The notes under the pieces: generated by a model
The model's database searches: none
The model's input: only the letters and a program-made list of their open reading frames with translations
What the model was told of the DNA's origin: nothing
DNA from: an uncultured Desulfobacter sp.
GTDB lineage: Bacteria > Desulfobacterota > Desulfobacteria > Desulfobacterales > Desulfobacteraceae
Assembly (NCBI GenBank): GCA_963665095.1
Contig: OY762069.1
Coordinates: 5,184,001-5,248,000, forward strand
Direction of reading: 5' to 3'
Length of the DNA stretch: 64,000 nucleotides
In this document: positions 40,949-50,329 of the stretch, in pieces
Position numbering within the stretch: position 1 is the first letter of the stretch
Layout of the letters: every line of letters begins with the position of its first letter
Program-made: the position numbers and the translations under genes

Positions 40949-42352
40949 TTATCGAATTTTATAATCTTCTTTGTGTAAAGAGAGCTTTTTCATCAGTTTG
41001 TGAAGCTGCCTTGTGGTGATGCCGGCAGCTTCGGCCGTGGTGTTTATTTTCCCTTTACACCGGGTGAGTAAAAGATCGAGATACCGGTGTTCGATACGGG
41101 CTGTTTCCAGTGCCCGTACCTGGGCCAGGGTCATATTCAGATCAATGGTGCCAGGCAGGGCTTTCTCCTGATAGGCAAACAGTTCGGCAGGAAAATTTTC
41201 CGGGCGCAGGACACTGGATTTTTCAAGGATATAGGCGCGTTCCAGCACATTTTCCAGCTCCCTTATATTTCCCGGCCAGGAATAGGCAAGAAACGCTTCA
41301 AGAACCCGGGGATGAATATCTGAAACGGGTTTGGAATGAAAGGTGTTCAATCGTCTTAGAAACACCTCCACCAGTTGGGGAATATCCTCTTTCCGGTCTT
41401 TAAGGGATGGCAAGGCCACAGGGAACACATTGAGCCGGTAATAGAGATCTGACCGGAAAAGATTATCATCGGTTAATTGTTTTAAATCAACATTGGTTGC
41501 GGCAATGATTCGTACATCTGCCTGTATTTTTTCCTCGCCGCCCACCCTGTGAAAGGTGCCGTCCTGAAGTACCTGGAGCAGCTTGATCTGGGCAGACGGG
41601 GTAATGGTTCCGATTTCATCCAGAAAGATGGTGCCGTTTTTCGCGATTTCAAACATGCCCAGTTTGCGCCTGACAGCCCCGGTGAACGCACCTTTTTCGT
41701 GCCCGAACAGTTCGCTTTCCAGCAGTGTGTCCGGGATGGCACCGCAGTGAACCTCAATAAACCGCTCCTGCTTTCGCAAAGATAGCTTGTGGATAAACCG
41801 TGCCGTAAACCCCTTGCCTGTTCCGGTGGGGCCGGTTAGAAGGACGGTGCTTTTTGTGGCGGCCACGGCCCGGATATTTTCAAGTACTGATTTCATGGCC
41901 GGGCTTTTTGTATAAAACAGATCAAACTCGCCCTCCTGCCATACCTGCTCCCGCAGATAGTCCAGTTCCGATTCTGCCCGGGTCTGCTCAATGATACTGT
42001 TCACCACAAGGCTGATTTCATCAGGAACCAGGGGGTAGGTCAGGTAGGACTGTGCCCCTTCATGAACAATGTTTACGGCATCTGCAAGCAGGTCCGGTGG
42101 GGCCATGACAATAATGTTGACATTCGGGCTTACCAGATTCAGGGTTTGGAAAACAGCTTTGCAGCTGCTGTCTGCAGCCGCCTTGCGCAGGATCAGGATG
42201 TCTATGAACACAAATTCCGGCCGGCGCAGTTGTAATACCTGTAATGCATTTGTCAGCCGGGTACTGATCTCGATATCATAGATGGAGGCCAGGTTCCCGG
42301 TCAGGTCTCCGAGATGATCTGTCTGGCTGGTAATAAAATGAAGTTTTTTCAC
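40949..42352 (-). CDS. sigma54-dependent enhancer-binding protein (atypical REC, AAA+, Fis HTH)
   Basis: GPTGTGK, ESELFGHEKGAFTGA, FLDEIG, DLYYRLNV, WPGNIREL. Confidence 0.95.
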   Translation of the reverse strand: MKKLHFITSQTDHLGDLTGNLASIYDIEISTRLTNALQVLQLRRPEFVFIDILILRKAAADSSCKAVFQTLNLVSPNVNIIVMAPPDLLADAVNIVHEGAQSYLTYPLVPDEISLVVNSIIEQTRAESELDYLREQVWQEGEFDLFYTKSPAMKSVLENIRAVAATKSTVLLTGPTGTGKGFTARFIHKLSLRKQERFIEVHCGAIPDTLLESELFGHEKGAFTGAVRRKLGMFEIAKNGTIFLDEIGTITPSAQIKLLQVLQDGTFHRVGGEEKIQADVRIIAATNVDLKQLTDDNLFRSDLYYRLNVFPVALPSLKDRKEDIPQLVEVFLRRLNTFHSKPVSDIHPRVLEAFLAYSWPGNIRELENVLERAYILEKSSVLRPENFPAELFAYQEKALPGTIDLNMTLAQVRALETARIEHRYLDLLLTRCKGKINTTAEAAGITTRQLHKLMKKLSLHKEDYKIR

Positions 42353-42417
42353 AGATTCTGGCCTTTAGCAGTATGCCGCTCTAAAATTCCGGAAAATTTC
42401 ATGTACAGATAATAGAA

Positions 42418-42430
42418 GAACTTAAAGTTC
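42418..42430. promoter_or_regulatory. GAACT-N3-AGTTC palindrome upstream of the enhancer-binding protein gene
   Basis: GAACTTAAAGTTC; same motif at 43102. Confidence 0.55.
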
Positions 42431-42469
42431 TTTTTTTATAACTTAAATATAAATTGACTAAAAGACAAC

Positions 42470-42841
42470 CTATTTATAGATAGCCTCATCCCGCTCCTCC
42501 AGTTCTTTGCAGTCAATGCATTTTGTGGTGACCGGTCGTGCCTCAAGCCGTTGAATGGAAATGGGCTCACCGCAGATTTCACACTCACCGTAGGTGCCAT
42601 TGTCAATCCGTTCCAGTGCCAGGCGCACTTTTTTAATCAGACGGCTTTCACGGGTCCTGAAACGAAGAAGCATTGCCTGATCCGTACTGGCCGCAGCCCG
42701 GTCAAGGTATTCAGCCTCCTGGGCAGCCCCGGCCGCAAGCTGTGTTTTGCTTGTCCGTGCCTGCTCAAGAAGCTGGTCTAACTGTTTGTTCAGTATGGCC
42801 CTGAACACTTCCAACTGGCTGGAATCCATTATCTGCTCCAT
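42470..42841 (-). CDS. DksA/TraR family C4 zinc-finger protein
   Basis: EYLDRA coiled-coil tip, YGECEICGEPI..RLEARP...CIDC. Confidence 0.92.
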   Translation of the reverse strand: MEQIMDSSQLEVFRAILNKQLDQLLEQARTSKTQLAAGAAQEAEYLDRAAASTDQAMLLRFRTRESRLIKKVRLALERIDNGTYGECEICGEPISIQRLEARPVTTKCIDCKELEERDEAIYK

Positions 42842-42900
42842 TACTGCCTGTTATAAATTGTTTCCCGGCTGTTTTTACCATATGCAGCCGCCATGACGTT

Positions 42901-42916
42901 TGCAAAATTTGCACCG
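42901..42916 (-). promoter_or_regulatory. Putative sigma54 -24/-12 promoter for the DksA-family gene
   Basis: Minus strand CGGTGCAAATTTTGCA (GG-N10-GC). Confidence 0.5.
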
Positions 42917-43101
42917 GGGCTGCAGGTAGATTCAGGAATTAATAATTCCATTCCATTATATTCATGGATAGATATTTAAAACAGCGTCTCTGACCGTTAA
43001 AGGCCTTGTTTTATGGGGCTTTAACGGATTGATTTTCGTATCCTGGAAATTGATTGGATCAAAATCAAAGCCAGAGAAAGGGGGTATAGCAGCAAGTATC
43101 G

Positions 43102-43145
43102 GAACTAATAGTTCTTTTAGTTATGTAAACCGGAATTATATTTTC
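43102..43145. promoter_or_regulatory. Tandem upstream activator sequences
   Basis: GAACTAATAGTTC at 43102 and degenerate GAATTATATTTTC at 43133, 31 bp apart. Confidence 0.55.
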
Positions 43146-43240
43146 CTTTAAAGCTGTCAGCAATATTGGGAGCTATTTCATATGGTATTAAAAATATAAT
43201 AAAATCAAATTATTATATGTGTTCTGGCTTGCCGAAGATT

Positions 43241-43257
43241 CTGGCATCTATCCTGCA
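43241..43257 (+). promoter_or_regulatory. sigma54 -24/-12 promoter for the radical SAM gene
   Basis: CTGGCATCTATCCTGCA (GG-N10-GC). Confidence 0.65.
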
Positions 43258-43315
43258 AAAAATAACCACTTTTTTACGTTTGCACAAAATTTAAGCCCCA
43301 CAGCAGAGGTGGAAA

Positions 43316-44737
43316 ATGGAGCAGGATCGCTATATCCGGCAGGCCCGTCAGGAGTTTGCTGAACTTTACCATGCCATGAACTGGCTTTCCCCCGGAGCTG
43401 CCTGCGCTGCACAGGCCGGCCGGCAGGAGCTGCTTGATGCTATATCCGCCCATCCTCGTTCAGGATGGCGGTTTTCCGAAACCAAACTATATACCGATGA
43501 CATATCCCCGGGCTGTGTCCATTGCGGGCAGGGGACCTGGTCCTGTCTGTTTATCAACGGGATTTGCAATGCCCGGTGCTTTTACTGTCCTTCGGAACAA
43601 AATGATCCGGGTCCGCCGGTGACAAGTGCCATTGAGTTTGAGCAGCCCGGGGATTATGCTGATTATGTAAATCGGTTCGGGATCCGGGGTGTGGCCTTCA
43701 GCGGAGGCGAACCACTGATCAGTTTTGACCGGGTCCTCAAATTTCTGGAAGTCCTCGGCCGGCGGGTCCGTTCTCCTCTGCACATCTGGATGTATACCAA
43801 TGGCATTCTGGCCGATACAGACCGCCTGAAAGCCCTTCGGGACAATGGGCTCAAAGAGATCCGGTTTGATCTGTCTGCTGTGGACTACTCCTTGGGCAAT
43901 TTGAAAAAAGCCATTGGACTTATTCCCGTTGTTTCGGTTGAGATCCCTGCCATTCCCGAGGATCTGGACCGGACAAAACCGCTTCTTAAAAAGCTTTATG
44001 ATATGGGGGTCAACTACCTGAACCTTCATCAGATCCGTTGCACCCGCTTTAACGCGCCCAAACTGATCCAGCGCGGGTATACTTTCCTGCACGGACCCGG
44101 GGTGGCTGTGCTAGACACGGAGCTTGCCGCCCTGGAACTTATCCGGCACAGCCTGGATGAAAATATTGCATTGCCTGTTAACTACTGTTCTTTCACCTAT
44201 AGGAATCTGTATCAGAAGGCGGCTGCCAGGAGACGGAATGCTGCACTGGTCAAAAAAGCATGGGAGGATGTCACCGCCACAGGGTTTATCCGGGCCATGA
44301 CCCTTTCAGGGGACCCCGGTCAGATTGCCATGATCATTGACCATTTTAAAGCAGCCGGCGTTGGCAGGGAAGCGTGGATGGCCGGTGATAAAAGAGATTG
44401 CATTACGTTTCCCGGAAGGCTGTGGCCCTGGAATCTGGATTTATCAAAAGTCACCCTGAAGCTGAAATACAGTGCGACAGCGTTAAGGTCTGACCCCTCA
44501 ATGCGCTATCCCCATACCCCCATCCAGCTGAACCCGGACAGGCAGATAATCATTGAAACAGATAACCGGCATCCGGGAATTGTAGTTTCAGGTAACCAGG
44601 TTCTGTCCTTTGCGGAAGCCTTCCTGGCATCCGAAAACCCCTGCTGGAAAGGCAATGTGACTCCTCTTGATTTAAAGCTTGAAGCACAGATAAACCGCTT
44701 TGAAACATTCCCTCCGGGGCTTGCACCATATATGTAA
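43316..44737 (+). CDS. Radical SAM protein of unknown substrate
   Basis: CNARCFYC triad, SGGEP, MYTNG, extra SPGCVHC motif. Confidence 0.9.
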   Translation: MEQDRYIRQARQEFAELYHAMNWLSPGAACAAQAGRQELLDAISAHPRSGWRFSETKLYTDDISPGCVHCGQGTWSCLFINGICNARCFYCPSEQNDPGPPVTSAIEFEQPGDYADYVNRFGIRGVAFSGGEPLISFDRVLKFLEVLGRRVRSPLHIWMYTNGILADTDRLKALRDNGLKEIRFDLSAVDYSLGNLKKAIGLIPVVSVEIPAIPEDLDRTKPLLKKLYDMGVNYLNLHQIRCTRFNAPKLIQRGYTFLHGPGVAVLDTELAALELIRHSLDENIALPVNYCSFTYRNLYQKAAARRRNAALVKKAWEDVTATGFIRAMTLSGDPGQIAMIIDHFKAAGVGREAWMAGDKRDCITFPGRLWPWNLDLSKVTLKLKYSATALRSDPSMRYPHTPIQLNPDRQIIIETDNRHPGIVVSGNQVLSFAEAFLASENPCWKGNVTPLDLKLEAQINRFETFPPGLAPYM

Positions 44738-44902
44738 ATTTTGTGTGTGGCGCAGGGTTCCCCGGATTTATTAAATTTTTTTGGCCTTCTTGACAAAAGC
44801 AAGATGCCTGTCCTAATGTATGCCGAACCTAAGGCCTGCAATGCAGCGGAAACCAGTCATGCCCGTCTGCCTGAGTCCATAATCTATTGCTACCGGTGAA
44901 AA

Positions 44903-45571
44903 ATGACATCCAAATTCAGGATTGATCTTGAGGGAGTGGAATTTTCTTTAAGAACCGTCCAGAAAAATTTTGACCGCATTAACGATTCCCTGGATATGCG
45001 CAGGGAATCCATGCGTGATGAAATTGTTGAGAACTTGATGGCCGGCTACCGTTATATCGACAGTCTGCTTGAGCAGGATTTCAGCCTGGTGGAGCAGGAG
45101 GGCCTTCACCACTTTCTTGAATTGAACAATATTGTGCTTTGCGGGGAAGACCTTCAAAAAAGAAAGGATTTCCGGCAGCACATCCTGGCCACAACCGACC
45201 GGTTTTACAGCCAGAAGGATTTTTCCATCCGGGATCTGCGCAAATGGGCTGATAATAACAAGAAGATTACCCCCTGGAAGCGGGCTGCCGGCATGTATAT
45301 CCTTCATGTAAGCCAGCCCCAGCTCTTTTTTGAAGGCAATCACCGCACAGGAGCCCTTTTGATGAGCCATGTCCTTGTACGCAGGGGAAAACCCCCTTTT
45401 GTTCTTACTGTGGACAATGCCAAGGCCTATTTTGACCCGTCCAGCCTGGCAAAAGCCACTAAAAAAGATTTTATGGGAAAGCTTTACAAGCTGCCCAAGA
45501 TTAAAAAGAACTTTGCCACATTTCTTGAGGCCCAGGCCAACCCGGAATTATTGATCCGTCGCCGGAGCTGA
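44903..45571 (+). CDS. Non-canonical Fic/Doc-like protein
   Basis: QLFFEGNHRTG in place of HPFxxGNGRxG. Confidence 0.7.
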   Translation: MTSKFRIDLEGVEFSLRTVQKNFDRINDSLDMRRESMRDEIVENLMAGYRYIDSLLEQDFSLVEQEGLHHFLELNNIVLCGEDLQKRKDFRQHILATTDRFYSQKDFSIRDLRKWADNNKKITPWKRAAGMYILHVSQPQLFFEGNHRTGALLMSHVLVRRGKPPFVLTVDNAKAYFDPSSLAKATKKDFMGKLYKLPKIKKNFATFLEAQANPELLIRRRS

Positions 45572-45631
45572 CACCTGCGTCAACGTGTCTAATACCCATA
45601 TAACAAGCCTTTTCACTTTCGCCTTCAACCA

Positions 45632-45670
45632 CTTACATTCCCCTCACGAAATCGTAACACAATCATAACA
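45632..45670 (+). promoter_or_regulatory. Pho-box-like 11-bp periodic direct repeats
   Basis: CTTACA, CTCACG, GTAACA, ATAACA at 45632/45643/45654/45665 upstream of pstS. Confidence 0.6.
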
Positions 45671-45751
45671 ATTGAATAGTAGATATACGGTCGTGTGAAT
45701 TTTCAACCAAAAGTTTATGTAAAACTTAAACCAAACCAACAGGAGACACAG

Positions 45752-46792
45752 ATGAAAATCAGATCTTTACTTAATTTTGCATTATCTGCTGCGGCTGCAG
45801 CAGCGTTTACCATGGCCGTTCCCGGCTCTGCCAGTGCCGGGAATGTAACTATAACCGGTGCCGGTGCAAGCTTCCCCGCACCTATTTACACTGAATGGTT
45901 TAAAGACTTTGCCAAAACAAACGGTGGGGCCATTAAAGTGAATTATCAGTCCATTGGTTCCGGTTCCGGTATCAAAAATTTCATCGGCCACACCGTTGAT
46001 TTCGGTGCCAGTGATGCTGCCATGAAACAGTCTGAAATTGACCAGGTCAAAGAAGGCGTTCAACTGCTGCCCATGACTGCCGGTGAAATTGTTATTGCGT
46101 ATAACCTGTCCGGTATTAATGATCTCAGACTGCCCCGTGACATATATCCTCAGATTTTCTTAGGCAAAATCACCAAGTGGAATGATGCCAAAATTGTGGC
46201 TGCCAACCCCGGTGTTAAGCTACCGGATCTTCCCATCACCGTTGTTGTACGTTCTGACAAATCCGGTACCACCTTTGGTTTTACCGGTCATTTAAGCGCT
46301 ATCTCCTCTGAATTCAAATCTGCTGTCGGTCAGGGTAAAATGGTTCAGTGGCCTGCTGCCAACATGGTAAAAGGTAAAAAGAACGACGGCGTCTCCTCTG
46401 CCATCCGTCAGACCCCCGGCGCCATCGGATACACCGAGTATGGTTTTGCCAAACTGAACAGGCTGCCCATGGCCTGCCTGGAAAACAAAGCCGGCAAATT
46501 TGTCTGCCCCGGCCCTGAAGGTGGCGCTGCAGCCCTTGCCAACGCAGTTCTTCCGGAAAACATGATTGTTTTCATCAATGATCCTGCCGGTGATACCTCC
46601 TACCCCATCGCCACCTTCACCTGGATGCTGTTCTACAAAAAGAACAAAGATGCTGAAACTGCTGCAGCCCTGCGCAAGATGGTTGAATACTGCCTGGATG
46701 AAGGTCAGAAGATTGCTGACAAGGCTGGATACATTCCCCTTCCTGCAAGTGTTGTAGCAAAAGTTAGAGCGGCTTCTAAAAACATTCAGTAA
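45752..46792 (+). CDS. pstS: Phosphate ABC transporter substrate-binding protein
   Basis: GAGASFPAP, YQSIGSGSG, DFGASD, RSDKSGTT; AGGAG RBS at 45741. Confidence 0.96.
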   Translation: MKIRSLLNFALSAAAAAAFTMAVPGSASAGNVTITGAGASFPAPIYTEWFKDFAKTNGGAIKVNYQSIGSGSGIKNFIGHTVDFGASDAAMKQSEIDQVKEGVQLLPMTAGEIVIAYNLSGINDLRLPRDIYPQIFLGKITKWNDAKIVAANPGVKLPDLPITVVVRSDKSGTTFGFTGHLSAISSEFKSAVGQGKMVQWPAANMVKGKKNDGVSSAIRQTPGAIGYTEYGFAKLNRLPMACLENKAGKFVCPGPEGGAAALANAVLPENMIVFINDPAGDTSYPIATFTWMLFYKKNKDAETAAALRKMVEYCLDEGQKIADKAGYIPLPASVVAKVRAASKNIQ

Positions 46793-46864
46793 TTAACGTT
46801 CTTACTCTTCCCGGGGCACTCTTTTCTTACAGGGTGCCCTGTTCATTATCTGGAGACTTTACAC

Positions 46865-47839
46865 ATGGCCGACAACGAATTTCTGGGTAATGTCGGAGGA
46901 CGGACTTTATCCAAGCCGCCTACGCCGACAGACATCTGGTTTGATAAGTCATTCAGGTTCATGACCCGTGCATTTACCTGGGCGACCATTTTTCTTCTAG
47001 CGTTTATTGTATATAAAATCGGCGGAAAGGCACTGCCCTCCTTTCCTGACCTTGGATTTAAATTCCTGTTCACTTCAACCTGGGATTCCGGGGAAGATCT
47101 CTACGGTATTCTTCCACAGATCTGGGGAACGATTTACAGTTCATTCCTGGCATTGATCCTTGGTGGCTTCTTCGGTATTACCATTGCCATATTTATTACC
47201 CAGGATTTTCTGCCATATAAGCTTGAATTTGCATTAAAAAACATTATTGAGCTGCTGGCAGCCATACCCAGTGTTGTCTATGGCCTGTGGGGCATTTATG
47301 TGCTGGTCCCTCTGATTCGCCCTTTGGCTAATTTTCTGCATGACCACCTGGGGTTTATTCCTTTTTTCTCCACGCGACTATCGGGGTTAGGGCTTCTGCC
47401 AGCGGTGCTGGTTCTGGCGATTATGATTCTGCCCACAGTGGCAGCTATATCTCAGGATGCCTTCAGGGCCATTCCCCATAAAACCAAGGAGGCTGCCTTT
47501 GGCATGGGCACCACCCGGTGGGAAGCCATCCTCAGGGTTATGCTGCCCACAGCCTCCGGAGGTATCTTTGGTGCCCTGGTGCTTGGCTTTGGCCGGGCCC
47601 TTGGCGAAACCATGGCCCTTGCCATGCTGGTGGGAAGTATGCCTTCTTTGACCCTTTCCTTCTTTTCTCCGGCAGATACCATTGCAGCACTTCTGGCCAA
47701 CACCTTTCCCGAGGCAAATATCGGGCTTGAAACCGGTGCGCTGATGTATGCGGCCTGTGTGCTTCTGCTGATCACCCTGATTGTCAATGTTGCAGGAGCT
47801 GTCATTGTAGCCAAAGCCACACCCGGAGGAGATAAATGA
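46865..47839 (+). CDS. pstC: Phosphate ABC transporter permease
   Basis: ELLAAIPSVVYGLWG, GRALGETMA. Confidence 0.96.
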   Translation: MADNEFLGNVGGRTLSKPPTPTDIWFDKSFRFMTRAFTWATIFLLAFIVYKIGGKALPSFPDLGFKFLFTSTWDSGEDLYGILPQIWGTIYSSFLALILGGFFGITIAIFITQDFLPYKLEFALKNIIELLAAIPSVVYGLWGIYVLVPLIRPLANFLHDHLGFIPFFSTRLSGLGLLPAVLVLAIMILPTVAAISQDAFRAIPHKTKEAAFGMGTTRWEAILRVMLPTASGGIFGALVLGFGRALGETMALAMLVGSMPSLTLSFFSPADTIAALLANTFPEANIGLETGALMYAACVLLLITLIVNVAGAVIVAKATPGGDK

Positions 47840-48717
47840 TGAGTGAAACACAGCTACAACTGCCTGTACTCGAGCGGCAGCCCATGGAACCCCGGGCCCT
47901 TAAATCCATTGTTTTGAGTGCCATAACCATTGTTTGTGCCGTCACAGCATGTATTCCTTTATTTTCCGTACTTATAATGCTGATTTTCCGGGGCGGCAAA
48001 CGCCTGACCCTGGAGCTTTTTTACACCCTTCCGCCCGGTGCCTTTGATGCGGCCGGTGTGGGCGGATTTGGCAATGCCATCCTGGGCACCGCCTTTATGG
48101 TCGGCATTGCCGGATTGATCAGTATTCCTTTTGGAATCCTGGCAGCTATTTTTCTGGCAGAACTTGGCCCCTTCAGCAAGGTATCTGAAATTGCCAGATT
48201 CTGTGCCAAAACCATGACCGGACTTCCCTCTATAATTGCCGGTGTTTTTGCCTATGCCATTGTGGTTCTCACCATGGGGCATTACTCTTCCTGGGCCGGC
48301 GGCATTGCCCTGTCCCTGCTCATGATCCCAACCGTGATGCTCACAGCAGAGGAAGCCATTAAAATGGTGCCCAATCCCATGAGGGAGGCGGCTTACGGTA
48401 TGGGCTGCACCCCGACCCAGAGCCTGCTCAAGGTGATATTGCCTGTGGGCATGCCCGGTATCATCACCGGCGTGGTTCTTGCCGTTGCCCGTGCCGCAGG
48501 TGAAACAGCGCCGCTGCTGTTCACAGCCCTGTTCAGCGAAAGCTGGTTGGCACCCAACGAACCTACGGCATCACTGGCCGTACTGATTTATAACTGGTCA
48601 TCCAGCCCGTATCAAAATCTCATTGAGCTGGCATGGGCCGCATCGCTTATCCTGGTTGTGCTGGTATTTGTTCTCAACATTGTCAGCCGGGCCATGGGTG
48701 GCAAAACCAAAATTTAA
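47836..48717 (+). CDS. pstA: Phosphate ABC transporter permease
   Basis: GLPSII, ARAAGETAPLLFT. Confidence 0.96.
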   Translation: MMSETQLQLPVLERQPMEPRALKSIVLSAITIVCAVTACIPLFSVLIMLIFRGGKRLTLELFYTLPPGAFDAAGVGGFGNAILGTAFMVGIAGLISIPFGILAAIFLAELGPFSKVSEIARFCAKTMTGLPSIIAGVFAYAIVVLTMGHYSSWAGGIALSLLMIPTVMLTAEEAIKMVPNPMREAAYGMGCTPTQSLLKVILPVGMPGIITGVVLAVARAAGETAPLLFTALFSESWLAPNEPTASLAVLIYNWSSSPYQNLIELAWAASLILVVLVFVLNIVSRAMGGKTKI

Positions 48718-48750
48718 TCCCAACCAAGAAACAAGGGAGTATAAAAGCTC

Positions 48751-49578
48751 ATGGAAGCTGCAAAAGAATTTGATGCGAATGAAGCATATGAAAGTGATCT
48801 GCCTGCGGATGTCGCTCTGGACTGTAAGGCATCACAGATATATTACGGGGATTTTCTGGCAGTCCGGGACAGCCATGTCCCCATAAAAAGAAATCAGATT
48901 ACCGGTTTTATCGGGCCTTCAGGCTGTGGTAAGAGTACGGTGCTCAAAAGTATTAACCGCATGAACGACCTGATCCGGGGTTTCCGTTTTGTGGGGGATG
49001 TTCATTTCCACGGAATTAATATTTACGATAAGAATGTTGACCCGGTATCGGTCCGGCGTAATATCGGCATGGTGTTTCAGCAGCCCAACCCCTTTTCCAT
49101 GTCTATTTTTGACAATGTTGCCTTTGGCCTGCGTTTGAACCGGTATAAAGGCAATATGCATGAAAAGGTGGAAAAGGCGCTTAAAGGCGCGGCATTGTGG
49201 AAAGAGGTGAAGGACAAGCTGAAAAACAACGGCCTCTCCCTTTCCGGTGGCCAGCAGCAGCGGCTTTGCATTGCCAGGGCCATTGCCACGGAGCCCCGGG
49301 TCCTTTTAATGGACGAACCGTGTTCCGCCCTCGACCCCATTGCCACCCGCCAGATCGAAGAGCTGATGGTGGAACTTAAAAAACAGTTCACCGTTGCCAT
49401 CGTGACCCACAACATGCAGCAGGCCATGCGTGTGGCCGATCAGACCGCCTTTTTTGCGGTGGATATCTCCAAAGGCGGCCGCACCGGTTACCTTGTGGAA
49501 ATGGGTACCACCAAAGAACTGTTTGAAAATCCCCAGGAAGAGCTGACCAAGGAATACCTCCACGGCGAGTTCTCCTGA
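48751..49578 (+). CDS. pstB: Phosphate ABC transporter ATP-binding protein
   Basis: [39 protein letters not shown]. Confidence 0.97.
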   Translation: MEAAKEFDANEAYESDLPADVALDCKASQIYYGDFLAVRDSHVPIKRNQITGFIGPSGCGKSTVLKSINRMNDLIRGFRFVGDVHFHGINIYDKNVDPVSVRRNIGMVFQQPNPFSMSIFDNVAFGLRLNRYKGNMHEKVEKALKGAALWKEVKDKLKNNGLSLSGGQQQRLCIARAIATEPRVLLMDEPCSALDPIATRQIEELMVELKKQFTVAIVTHNMQQAMRVADQTAFFAVDISKGGRTGYLVEMGTTKELFENPQEELTKEYLHGEFS

Positions 49579-49630
49579 TTCCAGACTGAATCAAGCAGAA
49601 CAAAACAGTAACATTTTTAGTGAAGTTAGT

Positions 49631-49674
49631 AATCCAGTATGGTTCCAGGAATTACGAGGACCATACTGGATTTT
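49631..49674 (+). terminator. Terminator of pst operon
   Basis: AATCCAGTATGGT...ACCATACTGGATT then T run. Confidence 0.75.
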
Positions 49675-49850
49675 GTATTTCAGATAAGGACTACAGATGA
49701 AATAAGTAACCATTTAATTGGCAAAATGTAATCAAAATGCATGCATCGTTAGCGGTTTTTACGGGGATTTGAAGGGTTTTGGTCTTGTTTTGGGCAATAA
49801 AAAAGCCACCTGCTTGGTGGCTGTGATCCTTTATTGGTGAATCTTTTAGC

Positions 49851-49926
49851 TGGAGCCGGCGTGCGGATTCGAACCGCAGACTTTCTCATTACGAGTGAGA
49901 TACTCTACCACCTGAGTTACGCCGGC
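49851..49926 (-). tRNA. tRNA-Thr (anticodon CGT)
   Basis: Reverse complement GCCGGCG...TCTCA-CTCGTAA-TGAGA...GGTTCGAATCC...CGCCGGCTCCA; terminator at about 49798-49823. Confidence 0.95.
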
Positions 49927-50329
49927 TTTCAGCCGCAGACACTATATATCAGGGCTTCTGAAGATTTTCAATCAAAAAGTATATCCCGCAAAATGGGGCA
50001 AAATGGTCTGTTTTTCCCGTGTATGCGGGAAAAATGCGGGAAAAAATATTGACTTCCTGGTGTCTGGAAATCCAAACGATTATATGGTTAGCGTTAGAAA
50101 CTGTTCAATTATTATTTTTTTAAATATAAAAATTAAGGGTTTCCCTGATAGCTTTTTTAAAAAATCAATGATACGAGACTCATTGGAGCTTAATCTTCAG
50201 TTAAGTTGGAAAAAATCATGTTAACACACATAGTGTTTATAAATATTATGATTTTGCTTGACTAATTTGGGTAGCAATGATTTTTATGTTAAAATTTGTC
50301 TAAATTTTCGATGGGTAAGGTTGTTCATT

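Noticed and set aside
49834..50224. Short ORFs 49834-50052 and 50003-50224
   Set aside because: Overlap the tRNA-Thr gene and its promoter region; no coding signal
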